Of a stretch of 64,000 nucleotides of DNA, positions 21,464 to 31,368 are shown piece by piece. Source of the DNA: an uncultured Chloroflexia bacterium. GTDB lineage: Bacteria; Chloroflexota; Limnocylindria; Limnocylindrales; CSP1-4. The DNA lies in assembly GCA_963783135.1 (NCBI GenBank), contig CAWAMH010000002.1, positions 29,525 through 93,524 of the forward strand, given 5' to 3'. The position numbers and the translations under genes are program-made. Positions within the stretch are counted from its first letter, which is position 1. Each line of letters opens with the position of its first letter. The notes beneath the pieces were generated by a model that searched no databases, was not told where the DNA came from, and worked only from the letters and a program-made list of their open reading frames with translations.

Positions 21464-22732
21464 TCAGCCCGGCAACCGGAGGGCCCGCTCGAGGCCGAGT
21501 CCGTGCCCACGCGGGGCGACGACCGCGAGTCGGAGCCGGTCGTCGTGGAACATCTCGCCGGCGACCCGACGGACGTCCTCGGCCCCGACCGCCTCCACCG
21601 CCTCGAGCGCCTCGTCGAGCGTCAGGACCCGATCGTGGAGGGCCTCCTGGCCGCCGATCCATGACGCGAGATGGCGGGTGTCGTCCATCCGCAGCTCGAG
21701 GCCGCCCGAGAGGTAGGCCTTCGCCTTCGCGAGCTCGTCGGCCGGGACGGTGTCGTCGCGCAGGCGCGCGAGCTCGACGAGGATCGCCTCGAGGGCCGGT
21801 TCGAGCTTGTCCGGGTCGACCCCGGCGTAGACCCCCAGCGAGCCGGAGTCGGCGTACTCGGTGATCCCCGAACCGACGTCGTAGGCCAGACCGAGCTCCT
21901 CGCGAACGGACAGGAACAGGCGGCTGCTCATCCCCTCGCCGAGGACCCCGTTGAGGACCCCGACGGTCCACGCGTCCGGGTGGTCGCGCCGGTAGGCCGG
22001 GACCGCGAGGCACAGGTGGGCCTGCGACGTGTCCCGGTTGCCGAGCAGGTACTGGGCGCCGGCCGGCAGATCCGGGGCCGTATCGAAGGTCGGCGACACG
22101 CCGTCACCGGTCCCGAACGCCGGCGCGACGAGGTCGAGGGCGGCCGGATGATCGAGATCGCCGGCGATCGCCACGACGACGTTCGATGGTCGATAGGTGG
22201 CCGCCCAGAACTCGCGGATCGTCGATCGAGGCAGGCTCCGGATGCCCTCCTCGTCGCCGCAGATCTCGCGACCGAGCGCGCCCTCGCCGAACATCGCCTG
22301 CTGGATGAGGATCTGGGCGTACTCCGACGGGTCGTCGAGGTACGAGCGGATCTCCTCGACGATGACCGACCGCTCGTGGTCGATCTCGTCGTCCTCGAGC
22401 CGGGGCCGGACGATGAGCTCGGCGACGACATCGGCCGCCCGCTGCGCCTGCCGAGCCGGGACGCGGACCCAGTAGACGGTCGACTCGCGGTCGGTCGCGG
22501 CATTGAAGCTGCCACCGACGCCCTCGATCGCCTCGGAGATCGCCCGGGTCGTCGGGAACGCTGCCGTGCCTTTGAAGGTGATGTGCTCCATGAAGTGCGC
22601 GACGCCGGCCTGATCCGGCTGCTCGAGCCGCGAGCCGGCGAGCACGTAGGCGGCGATCGACACGGAGCGCGAGCCGGGGATCCGGGCACTGATGACGCGC
22701 GGGCCCTCGGTCAGCGCCGTTCGTTCGAACAT
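21464..22732 (-). CDS. M16 family (pitrilysin-like) zinc peptidase
   Basis: From the internal Met: MFERTALTEGPRV...GVAHFMEHITFKG (HxxEH zinc motif). 422 aa. Confidence 0.9.
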   Translation of the reverse strand: MFERTALTEGPRVISARIPGSRSVSIAAYVLAGSRLEQPDQAGVAHFMEHITFKGTAAFPTTRAISEAIEGVGGSFNAATDRESTVYWVRVPARQAQRAADVVAELIVRPRLEDDEIDHERSVIVEEIRSYLDDPSEYAQILIQQAMFGEGALGREICGDEEGIRSLPRSTIREFWAATYRPSNVVVAIAGDLDHPAALDLVAPAFGTGDGVSPTFDTAPDLPAGAQYLLGNRDTSQAHLCLAVPAYRRDHPDAWTVGVLNGVLGEGMSSRLFLSVREELGLAYDVGSGITEYADSGSLGVYAGVDPDKLEPALEAILVELARLRDDTVPADELAKAKAYLSGGLELRMDDTRHLASWIGGQEALHDRVLTLDEALEAVEAVGAEDVRRVAGEMFHDDRLRLAVVAPRGHGLGLERALRLPG

Positions 22733-22922
22733 CGCCCGGATGGTACAGGACGGCAACCGGGAATCGTGTCGTTCGACCCTTCGACAGGTCCGCTGGGCGA
22801 CTATGCTTCGCTGGCCGACGGACCCGGGGACCGGTCGGTCGAGGAGGCCCAGGCGTGTCGGGAGCGAGGCGGCCCAGGCGGGCTGCGCGACCCGTCCGCT
22901 GGCGATGTGAGGAGGCGGACAC

Positions 22923-24161
22923 GTGCTGACCAGGCGCCCCATGTTGATGTCGGTCGTGGTCGCGGCCGCAGTGCTGTTCGCAGCCTGTAGTAGCGGCTCG
23001 TCGAGCGCTGCCCCGGGCGGCGGCGGAGCCAGCGCGGGAGCGAGCGCCCCGGCGCTCCAGATCCCCGATATCGAGCAGGGCAAGTTCAACGTCGCGATGG
23101 TCCTCATCGGCCCGCATGACGACGGCGGTTGGAGCCAGGCCCACTACGAAGGCCTGAAGTACGTCGAGCAGAACGTGCCGAACTCGCACGTCGCGTACGT
23201 CGAGCTGGTGCCCGAGGGCGCTCCGTCCGAACAGGTCTTCCGGAGCCTGGCCCGGAAGGGCTTCGACTTCATCATCGGCACGTCGTTCGGGTACATGGAC
23301 CCGATGGAGACGGTCGCCGGCGAGTTCCCGGACCAGACCTTCCTGCACCTCACGGGCTACAAGTCGAACGGCAAGAACTTCGGCAACTTCTTCGGCGCGA
23401 TCGAGGACTTCAAGTACCTCGCCGGGATGCTCGCCGGGTCGCGCGCCAAGAAGGATGGCAATCCGAAGCTCGGCTACATGGGCACGTTCCAGATCCCGGA
23501 GGAGATCCGGCTGGGAAACGCGATCATGCTCGGCGCCAAGAAGACCTGCCCCGAGTGCACGATGGACGTGCGCTGGATCAACACCTGGCACGACCCGAAG
23601 GCCGAGAAGGACGCGGCCGCCTCGCTGTTCGACGCGGGTGCCGACGTCGTATTCACCGGCGCGGACACGCCGGCCGTGGCCGATGTCGCCCAGGAGAAGG
23701 GCAAGTGGGGCGTGACCTACGACCATCCGGGGTCGTGCAAGGTCGAGCACTGCCTGACCGCTCCGTACTGGATCTGGGGCCCCGAGTACGCCCGCATCGC
23801 GGAGCAGGTCAAGGCCAAGACCTACAAGGCCGGCTACGAATACTTCGACGCCGACTCGAAGGCCATGGGTCTGTTCGGCTTCATGGACGGCCAGACGCCG
23901 CAGCCGGGGATCAAGGACCTGCCGGCGGCCGACGTCCAGCTGGTCAAGGACACCCTGGCCAAGATGCTGGCCGGCCAGTTCAACCGGTTCGACGTGTTCT
24001 CCGGTCCGATCAACGACACGACCGGTGCCGTCAAGGTCCCGGCCGGCTCGAAGCTCGTCCAGGCCGACCTCGACCAGTTCCCGCCCGGCGCGGCCGGCAA
24101 TCCCTGCACGTACTGCATGAAGTGGTTCGCCCAGGGCATCAACGGCGAGCTTCCGAAGTAG
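22923..24161 (+). CDS. BMP family (PnrA/Med-like) ABC transporter substrate-binding lipoprotein
   Basis: A lipobox is present (VLFAACSSG), followed by IGPHDDGGWSQAHYEGL... typical of BMP/nucleoside-binding lipoproteins. A GAGGAGG RBS lies upstream. Confidence 0.9.
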   Translation: MLTRRPMLMSVVVAAAVLFAACSSGSSSAAPGGGGASAGASAPALQIPDIEQGKFNVAMVLIGPHDDGGWSQAHYEGLKYVEQNVPNSHVAYVELVPEGAPSEQVFRSLARKGFDFIIGTSFGYMDPMETVAGEFPDQTFLHLTGYKSNGKNFGNFFGAIEDFKYLAGMLAGSRAKKDGNPKLGYMGTFQIPEEIRLGNAIMLGAKKTCPECTMDVRWINTWHDPKAEKDAAASLFDAGADVVFTGADTPAVADVAQEKGKWGVTYDHPGSCKVEHCLTAPYWIWGPEYARIAEQVKAKTYKAGYEYFDADSKAMGLFGFMDGQTPQPGIKDLPAADVQLVKDTLAKMLAGQFNRFDVFSGPINDTTGAVKVPAGSKLVQADLDQFPPGAAGNPCTYCMKWFAQGINGELPK

Positions 24162-24231
24162 ACCGATCCCGGCCGGCCCGCTGGACGCGACTCCGGCGGG
24201 CCCACCGGGCGGACGACGCTCGATCGATCCG

Positions 24232-25854
24232 ATGAGCGATCCCGGCGGCGACCCGGCCGAGGCTCCCGGCCGGGATCCGACCGCACCCGTCGCCGGGCCG
24301 GGTGGCGCACCGGCGCTCGAGCTCAGCGGCATCGTCAAACGCTTTCCCGGGATCGTCGCGAACGATGGCGTCGACTTCGACCTGCGCGTCGGCGAGGTCC
24401 ACGCCCTCCTCGGCGAGAACGGCGCCGGCAAGAGCACGCTGATGAACATCGCCGCCGGCCTGTATCGGCCCGACGAGGGCGAGATCCGGGTCGACGGTCG
24501 GCCGGTCGCGCTGCGTTCGCCCCGCGACGCGATCGGCGCCGGCCTCGGGATGGTCCACCAGCACTTCACCCTGGTGCCGTCCCAGTCCGTGACCGAGAAC
24601 GTGATCCTCGGACTCGACCGGCCGCGGTTCCGTCTTCGCCTCGACCGGTTCGAGGTCGAGATCGGCGACCTCGCCCGGCGGTTCGGGCTGACGGTCGATC
24701 CCCGGGCCAAGGTCTGGCAGCTGTCCGTCGGCGAGCAGCAGCGGGTCGAGATCCTCAAGATGCTCTACCGCGGCGCCCGGGTCCTGATCATGGACGAGCC
24801 GACGGCGGTGCTCGCCCCCCAGGAGGTCGACGAGCTGTTCCGGACGCTCCGGTCGATGACCGCCGACGGGCACTCGATCGTGTTCATCAGCCACAAGCTC
24901 CAGGAGGTCCTGGCGATCGCCGACCGGGTGACGGTCATGCGCCGGGGCAAGGTCACCGCCGCGGGACGACCGACGGCCGGAGCGACCCGGGCCGACCTCG
25001 CTCGGCTCATGGTCGGGCGCGAGGTCCTCGAGAACCTCGACCGGACGCCGTTCGCCCCCGGCCCGGTCGTCCTGTCCCTGCGCGACATCCACGCCGACAA
25101 CGACAAGGGCCTGCCGGCCCTGCGGGGCGCGTCGCTCGATATCCGGGCCGGCGAGATCCTGGGGATCGCCGCGGTGGCCGGCAACGGGCAGAGCGAGCTG
25201 GCCCAGGTCGTGACCGGACTCCGACCGTGGACGGGTCTCGTCGAGATCAACGGACAGGCGATGCGTCCCGGCTCCGCCCGCGAGGCGATCAGGCGCGGAG
25301 TCGCCCACGTCCCCGAGGATCGGACCGGCGTCGGCAGCGCCCCGAACCTGTCGGTCGCGGACAACCTCATCATGAAGAGCTATCGCTCGGCGCCGATCGC
25401 CCGCGGCTGGGTGATCGACACGCCGGCGGTGCGCCGTGTCGCCAGCGGACTCAAGGACGAGTACGCGATCGCCGCACCGTCCATCGATACGAGCGCACGG
25501 CTCCTGTCCGGGGGCAATCTCCAGCGGCTCATCCTGGCCCGCGAGATCCAGACCCAGCCGCGTCTGATGGTCGCGGTCCAGCCGTCCCGGGGTCTCGACG
25601 TCGGAGCGATCGAGGCGGTCCACCGCCTGTTGCTCGATCGCCGTGCCGACGGGGCCGCGACGCTCCTGATCTCCGAGGACCTCGACGAGATCCTGGCCCT
25701 GTCGGATCGCGTCGCGGTGATGTTCGAAGGCCGGGTCGTCGGTCTGTTCGAGGTCGCCGATGCCGAGGTCGGCGAGATCGGGCTGCTCATGACCGGTGGT
25801 GGTTCGGAGCCGGAGCCCGGGCTCGTCACCGCGGCTGGGGTCGTCGAGACGTGA
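24232..25854 (+). CDS. ABC transporter ATP-binding protein (duplicated ATPase domains)
   Basis: Walker A (GENGAGKST), signature (LSVGEQQRVEI) and Walker B (LIMDEPT), plus a second signature (LSGGNLQRL). Confidence 0.92.
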   Translation: MSDPGGDPAEAPGRDPTAPVAGPGGAPALELSGIVKRFPGIVANDGVDFDLRVGEVHALLGENGAGKSTLMNIAAGLYRPDEGEIRVDGRPVALRSPRDAIGAGLGMVHQHFTLVPSQSVTENVILGLDRPRFRLRLDRFEVEIGDLARRFGLTVDPRAKVWQLSVGEQQRVEILKMLYRGARVLIMDEPTAVLAPQEVDELFRTLRSMTADGHSIVFISHKLQEVLAIADRVTVMRRGKVTAAGRPTAGATRADLARLMVGREVLENLDRTPFAPGPVVLSLRDIHADNDKGLPALRGASLDIRAGEILGIAAVAGNGQSELAQVVTGLRPWTGLVEINGQAMRPGSAREAIRRGVAHVPEDRTGVGSAPNLSVADNLIMKSYRSAPIARGWVIDTPAVRRVASGLKDEYAIAAPSIDTSARLLSGGNLQRLILAREIQTQPRLMVAVQPSRGLDVGAIEAVHRLLLDRRADGAATLLISEDLDEILALSDRVAVMFEGRVVGLFEVADAEVGEIGLLMTGGGSEPEPGLVTAAGVVET

Positions 25855-26975
25855 CGCCGGCTGCGCCCTCGCGTCGGCTCGGCCTCCGATCGCCCGTCGA
25901 GGTCCGCCTGGAGCGGCGTCTCGAGGTGCCGCGCTGGCTGGGCCCGGCGACCACCGTCGGAGCGATCGTCGTCGCGCTCCTCCTGAGCGCGCTGATCATC
26001 GCGATCGCCGGTGGCGATCCGGTCCGGACCTACCTGCATATCCTGTCGGCGGCGTTCGGCGAGCCGGGGGTGATCTCGGACACGCTCGTGACCGCTACCC
26101 CGCTCATCCTCACGGGCGTCGCCTGCGCACTCGCGTTCCGGATGCACCTGTGGAACATCGGCGCCGAGGGCCAGTTCTTCGTCGGCGCCTGGGGCGCCGC
26201 GGCGGTCGTCCTCGTCCCGCTGCTGCCGGCGGGCGCCCCAGGCTTCGTCATCCTCCCGGCGATGATGCTGGTCGGCTTCCTGTGCGGAGCGGTGTGGGGG
26301 CTCATCCCGGGCGTGTTGAAGGCCAGGTTCGGGGTGAACGAGATCATCGTCACGCTCATGCTCAATTACATCGCGATCGCCTGGAACCTCTACTGGGTGT
26401 TCGGGCCGTGGAGCGAGGGCGGCTTCCAGCTCACGAAGCAGTTCCCACGCGAGGCCTGGCTGCCGCGCCTGACCGACCTCGCTGGGCTGAACCGGGGCTT
26501 CGCCGGGATGACCGTCCACCTCGGGTTCGTCATCGCGATCGTCGTCGCGATCGTCGTCGCCTTCGTGCTCCGGCGGACCCGCTGGGGTTACGAGATCAAG
26601 CTCATCGGGGACAGCCCGCGCGCCGCCCGGTATGCCGGGATCGACATCGCCCGGATGACGATCGTGGTCTTCGCGATCTCGGGCGGGATCGCCGGGCTGG
26701 CCGGGGTGAGCGAGGTCGCCGGCGTGGTCCACCGGCTGCAGGGCGCGATCTCGCCCGGCTACGGGTTCACCGCGATCATCGTCGCCTACCTCGCGAAGTT
26801 CGATCCGATCAAGGTCATCGTGGCCGCGATCGCGTTCGGGGCGCTGACCCTGGCCGGGCGCGAGATCCAGCCGGCCGGGATCCCTGCGATGGTCCAGGGC
26901 ATCCTGCTCTTCTCGCTCATCGGCAGCGAGGTCCTCCTCCGCTACCGGATCCGGTTCGTGCGGCGGACCGTCTGA
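25851..26975 (+). CDS. ABC transporter permease
   Basis: A GTG overlaps the ATPase stop (GTGA). The polytopic sequence runs VTATPLILTGVACALAFRMHLWNIGAEGQF... The upstream part of ORF 25227..26975 is an out-of-gene artifact. Confidence 0.85.
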   Translation: MTPAAPSRRLGLRSPVEVRLERRLEVPRWLGPATTVGAIVVALLLSALIIAIAGGDPVRTYLHILSAAFGEPGVISDTLVTATPLILTGVACALAFRMHLWNIGAEGQFFVGAWGAAAVVLVPLLPAGAPGFVILPAMMLVGFLCGAVWGLIPGVLKARFGVNEIIVTLMLNYIAIAWNLYWVFGPWSEGGFQLTKQFPREAWLPRLTDLAGLNRGFAGMTVHLGFVIAIVVAIVVAFVLRRTRWGYEIKLIGDSPRAARYAGIDIARMTIVVFAISGGIAGLAGVSEVAGVVHRLQGAISPGYGFTAIIVAYLAKFDPIKVIVAAIAFGALTLAGREIQPAGIPAMVQGILLFSLIGSEVLLRYRIRFVRRTV

Positions 26976-27940
26976 TGGACCCGACGACGGTCCTCGCCGC
27001 CGGCATCGCCACCGGGACGATCCTGCTGTTCGCAGCGGTGGGCGAGATCTTCGCCGAACGATCCGGCGTCCTGAACCTCGGCGTCGAGGGGATGATGCTG
27101 ATGGGCGCCGTCGTCGCCTACGGCGTCGCGGTCGGGACCGGCGACGCGTGGCTGGGGCTGCTCCTGGCGATGGTCGCCGGCATGCTCCTGAGCCTGCTCC
27201 ATGCCGTGATGGTCATCACCTTCCAGGCCGATCAGGTCGTGTCCGGCCTGTCCCTCACCTTCCTCGGGACGGGTCTCGCTCGGGTCATGGGTGAAGGGCT
27301 GTCAAAGGCGGGGGCGATCTCGCTCCTGCCGAAGTTCACCGTCCCGGTCGTGGCCGAGATCCCGATCATCGGCGCGTTCGTGCGCGACCAGAGCGTCCTC
27401 GTCTATCTCGGCTATGCAGTCGTGCCGATCGCCTGGTACTGGATCCACCGGACCCGCCAGGGCCTGGAGCTCCGGGCGGTCGGCGAGTATCCGACGGCGG
27501 CCGACGCGGTCGGCGTCGACGTCTATCGCCTGCGCTACCGCTACGTCGCGCTCGGCGGGCTGCTTGCCGGGCTGGCCGGGGCGACGATCACGCTCGCCAT
27601 CCAGCCCGGCTGGTTCGGCGACCTGACCGTCAACGGCAGCGGCTGGATCGCGATCGGTCTTGTGATCTTCGCCCAGTGGGATCCGATCAAGGCCGCGATC
27701 GGCGCCTATCTGTTCGGCGCGATCTCCCGCCTCCAGTTCGACCTCCAGGGCCCGACCGAGTTCTTCGGGATCCAGAACCCGATCTACGCGAACCACTCGC
27801 TGACGTTCTTCCTCCAGATGGTCCCCTACATCCTCGTCATCGTCGTGCTCGTCATCGGCTCACGAGAGGCCGCACGCAAGCGGCTCGGCGCGCCGGCCGC
27901 ACTCGGCCGCCCGTTCATCCGGGGTGAGCGCGGCGCCTGA
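26975..27940 (+). CDS. ABC transporter permease
   Basis: The ATG overlaps the previous stop (TGATG). MDPTTVLAAGIATGTILLFAAVGEIFAERSGVLNLGVEGMM... Confidence 0.9.
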   Translation: MDPTTVLAAGIATGTILLFAAVGEIFAERSGVLNLGVEGMMLMGAVVAYGVAVGTGDAWLGLLLAMVAGMLLSLLHAVMVITFQADQVVSGLSLTFLGTGLARVMGEGLSKAGAISLLPKFTVPVVAEIPIIGAFVRDQSVLVYLGYAVVPIAWYWIHRTRQGLELRAVGEYPTAADAVGVDVYRLRYRYVALGGLLAGLAGATITLAIQPGWFGDLTVNGSGWIAIGLVIFAQWDPIKAAIGAYLFGAISRLQFDLQGPTEFFGIQNPIYANHSLTFFLQMVPYILVIVVLVIGSREAARKRLGAPAALGRPFIRGERGA

Positions 27941-28077
27941 AGGCACGGAACGCGGCGCCTGGCGAGCGTGGGACGGGCGAGTGCCGGGCGCCGGACGCGG
28001 CGAGTGCCGGCGCCGACCGGGCCGGTGTCGCGCCACGCGCTCTGGTCGAAGAGCCGCCGGGCTGGCGCCGACCCTGG

Positions 28078-28551
28078 CTAGGCGTCCTCGCGATCGAGCC
28101 CAAGGAGCTCCATCTGGACGAAGCCGCTCGTGTCGAACTCGAGCTGGCGGGGCAGCGGCGGCTCGTGGCCGTCGTCGCCGATCGGGGCGAACTCGAGGAC
28201 GACCCGTTCGTCGCCCTGGACGAGCGTGTAGACGAGGAGCTGGTCGGGCCGCGTGTCGAACTCGAGGTGCTCGAACGAGTCGATGTTGAGACAGATCGAC
28301 AGCGGGGTGAAGTACGTCGAGACCTCGGGGTGGTCGAGGACGATCCGCTCGACCCAGCCGGTCCCGTGACTGACGATCTCGTGACCGCGCTGGTAGCGGT
28401 ACGTGACGGTCTGCTTGAGCAGCGGACGGAGGAGGTTGTAGAGGTCCGTCCGGCTCGAGACGATGCCCCGGTTGACGAAGAACTTCGCTGGCGGCGGCAC
28501 GGACGACACGCGGTCCTCCCGGTGGGTGGGGGCCCTGGAGCGGGGGTTCAC
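28078..28551 (-). CDS. hypothetical protein
   Basis: 157-aa ORF with balanced, non-Arg-biased composition (FFVNRGIVSSRTDLYNLLRPLLKQTVTYRYQRGHEIV...). I recognise no family. Confidence 0.55.
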   Translation of the reverse strand: MNPRSRAPTHREDRVSSVPPPAKFFVNRGIVSSRTDLYNLLRPLLKQTVTYRYQRGHEIVSHGTGWVERIVLDHPEVSTYFTPLSICLNIDSFEHLEFDTRPDQLLVYTLVQGDERVVLEFAPIGDDGHEPPLPRQLEFDTSGFVQMELLGLDREDA

Positions 28552-28655
28552 GGGGCCGGTGCCCGTCGCTTCGGAATCTACTCCTTCCGACCGGGCATGA
28601 ACAAGGTCGGCCGTGGACCGGCAAGCCCGGGTTCCGCCGGCCGTATCATCCGGCC

Positions 28656-29468
28656 ATGCTCCTCGCGATCGACATCGGCAATACGAACCTCACGACCGGC
28701 CTGTTCCGGAACGGCCAGCTGGCCGCGAGTCGGCGCGCAAGGACGGTCCCGCGGGCGACCGACGACGAGCTCGAGACGCTCCTCGAGGCGCTCCTCCGGC
28801 TGGACGGTTCCGCCCTCGAGGCGGCCGACGCGATCGCCTGCGCATCGGTCGTGCCGGCGCTGACCGACGGCCTCGCCGCGGTCGCGATCCGGCGGTCGAT
28901 CCCGCTCCTGGTCGCGAGCGCCGGGCATGTCCCGATCGCGATCCGGGTCGACCGACCCGACGAGGTGGGTGCCGACCGCCTGGTCAACGCCCTGGCCGCG
29001 GCGCGGCTGTACGGGACACCGGCCGTCGTCGCCGACTTCGGGACCGCCACGACGTTCGACGCCGTGGCGGCCGACGGCGCCTTCGTCGGCGGGGCGATCG
29101 CTCCGGGCCTGGAGCTCGGGCTCGAGGCGCTCGCGGCACGGACCGCGAAGCTGCCCCGGATCGAGCTGCGAGCGCCGGATCGAGCGATCGGTCGCGACAC
29201 GGTCTCGGCGATGCGCTCGGGCACGATCTTCGGCTACCAGGCGCTCGTGGCGGGGATGCTCGGCCGGATCCGCGCTGAGCTGGCCGATGCGAGCGGTGTC
29301 GCCCTCGACGACGTCCGGGCGATCCTCACCGGCGGGCTGTCGGCGGCCCCCTGGGCGCGATCCATCCCGGGCATCGATTCCATCGACCCCGATCTCACCC
29401 TCAAGGGCTTGGCCATCCTCCACGCCGAGGTCAGCGGCGGCGAGCCGCTCGAGGCCGGGCTCGCGTGA
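28656..29468 (+). CDS. coaX: type III pantothenate kinase
   Basis: MLLAIDIGNTNLTTGLF...GADRLVNA...VVADFGTATTFD... Confidence 0.92.
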   Translation: MLLAIDIGNTNLTTGLFRNGQLAASRRARTVPRATDDELETLLEALLRLDGSALEAADAIACASVVPALTDGLAAVAIRRSIPLLVASAGHVPIAIRVDRPDEVGADRLVNALAAARLYGTPAVVADFGTATTFDAVAADGAFVGGAIAPGLELGLEALAARTAKLPRIELRAPDRAIGRDTVSAMRSGTIFGYQALVAGMLGRIRAELADASGVALDDVRAILTGGLSAAPWARSIPGIDSIDPDLTLKGLAILHAEVSGGEPLEAGLA

Positions 29469-30799
29469 CCGGCCGGCTCGACGGTCGGCTGATCGGCCTC
29501 GGGGTCACCGGCTCGATCGCCGCCTACAAGAGCGCGGAGCTCGTCCGCCTCCTCCGCGCCGAAGGGGCCGAGGTCCAGGTCCTCGCGACTGCTTCGGCGA
29601 CCCGCTTCGTCGCACCGCTGACGCTGGCCGCCCTGAGCGGTCACGGCGTCGAGGACGACGTCCTCGGCCTGCTGCCGGACGGCCGGATCGGGCACATCGT
29701 CGTGGCCGACACCGCCGACGCGATCGTCGTCGCGCCGGCCACCGCGCACTGGCTGGCCGCGATGGCGGCCGGCCTCGCGGCGGATCCGGTCACCGCGGCC
29801 TGCCTGGCCACGTCGGCCCCGGTCGTCGTGGCGCCGGCGATGGACGGCGAGATGTACGGGCACGCGGCCACGCAGGCGAACGTCGGCCGGCTCCGGGACG
29901 CCTTCGGCTACTTGATCGTCGAGCCCGAGAGCGGACCCCTGGCGTCGGGCCAGGTCGGGGTCGGACGGCTGGCCGAGCTGCCCCGGATCATCGATGCGGT
30001 CGTGGCCGCCGTCGGCGACCGCCCCGTCCGCGCGCCGGACCCCGCCGTGCGCCCACCGCGGCTCGCCGACCCACCACGGGAGACGGATCTCGAAGGCCGG
30101 CACGTCATCGTCACCGCGGGTGGCACGGCCGAGCCGATCGACCCGGTCCGGTTCATCGGCAACCGATCGACCGGACGGATGGGCGTGGCCGTCGCCGAGG
30201 CGGCGCTCGACCGGGGCGCCGCGGTGACGCTGATCGCGGCAGCCGTGAGCATCCCGCTGCCGCCGGCGGCGACGATCGTCCGGGTCGGTTCGACGGGCGA
30301 GCTCCGCGCAGCCCTGCTCGGGCGGCTCGCCGCCGCCGACGGCCGGGCCGCGTTCGACTGCCTGATCATGGCCGCGGCGGTCGCCGACTTCCGGCCGGTC
30401 GCGCCGGCCGAGCAGAAGCTCGTCCGCGGCGGCTCGCTCACGCTCGAGCTCGAGCCGACCCCGGACATCCTCGCCGAGGTGACCCGCATCGCTCGCGGGC
30501 TCGACAGCGAGGGCGACCGGACGCGCGCTCCGCTCGATCCCGTTCCGGTCCTCGTCGGGTTCGCCGCCGAGACCGGCTCGCTCGAGCGGGCCGCCGACAA
30601 GCTCCGCCGGAAGGGCGTCGACCTGCTCGTGGCCAACGATGTCGCCGAGGCGGGCTCGGGGTTCGGGACCGACACGAACCGGGTCACGGTGTACGCCGCC
30701 GACGCGGAGGCAGAGGCCTGGCCGCTGCTGTCGAAGCGCGAGGTCGCCGACCGCCTCCTCGACCGGGTCGTCACCCGCCTCGACGCCCGCGCCGGCTGA
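29465..30799 (+). CDS. coaBC: bifunctional phosphopantothenoylcysteine decarboxylase / phosphopantothenate--cysteine ligase
   Basis: The flavoprotein domain (GVTGSIAAYKSAELVRLL) is followed by the CoaB domain (VIVTAGGTAEPIDPVRFIGNRSTGRMG...). The GTGA overlaps coaX. Confidence 0.92.
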   Translation: MTGRLDGRLIGLGVTGSIAAYKSAELVRLLRAEGAEVQVLATASATRFVAPLTLAALSGHGVEDDVLGLLPDGRIGHIVVADTADAIVVAPATAHWLAAMAAGLAADPVTAACLATSAPVVVAPAMDGEMYGHAATQANVGRLRDAFGYLIVEPESGPLASGQVGVGRLAELPRIIDAVVAAVGDRPVRAPDPAVRPPRLADPPRETDLEGRHVIVTAGGTAEPIDPVRFIGNRSTGRMGVAVAEAALDRGAAVTLIAAAVSIPLPPAATIVRVGSTGELRAALLGRLAAADGRAAFDCLIMAAAVADFRPVAPAEQKLVRGGSLTLELEPTPDILAEVTRIARGLDSEGDRTRAPLDPVPVLVGFAAETGSLERAADKLRRKGVDLLVANDVAEAGSGFGTDTNRVTVYAADAEAEAWPLLSKREVADRLLDRVVTRLDARAG

Positions 30800-31368
30800 C
30801 GGCCGCGCCGCTGGCTGGACGGCGGCGCAAGGGCGACGGCGGACGCGCGCCGGCGGGCGGCCGCACCGCTGGCTGACGGCGCCCGCGGACCGAGCTGCTG
30901 CCGGGGTTCGCGGTTCCGCTCGATCTCAGGGGGTCGGTGCCCAACCGATCCCGATCTGCGGCCCGTGTTATCAGCACCATTGCTAGCCGACCGGTTCGAT
31001 CAGGTCGGTCCCTCTGATCCGGGCCTGCCGCGTCACGAGACCGACCTTGCGGCGCGAAACATGACCACCATTCGTATACCGCGGCAGAAGAGGGTCGAAA
31101 CCTCGGGCAGGTGGGTGTCTGATCCGCTTTCTACGAATGGGGCTCATACGCCGGCCGACGCGGACCAGATGGACAACGGCGGACGGGCCGACACGGATCG
31201 GACATGACCCGCGGCGGGCGGGCAGACGCGGACGCCGACACCACGCTCGCGGCACTCTCCATCGCCTGATCACCCGGAGCACGCCGGGAACCGCCGCGGG
31301 AGTCGCAGCGTCAGCGGGGCCGGCGGTCGCCCCAGGATGGTGGCGTCGCCAGGGCGGAGGTTCCGACG

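Noticed and set aside
22733-22922. A ZTP/pfl-like CCGCCTGGG motif (two copies on the minus strand) in the peptidase/BMP divergent region.
   Set aside because: Only the short 3' motif is present, with no GGGTCGTGAC-type 5' half. The gene context (M16 peptidase) is wrong for a ZTP riboswitch.
30925-31050. A TPP-riboswitch-like string (ctgatccgggcctgccgcg) and a GGGGTCGGTGCC hairpin.
   Set aside because: It lacks the CUGAGA element and the terminal GCGWAGGGA. The downstream gene (DUF4349) is not thiamine-related.
30983-31282. ORF 30983..31282(-) as a remnant of an IS3-family transposase (GHVSRRKVGLVTRQARIRG resembles ...RVSRKRVARLMRQAGLRG).
   Set aside because: The resemblance covers only about 20 aa. 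The rest of the ORF is Arg-rich, and no inverted repeats or further transposase sequence are present. It is too weak to call.
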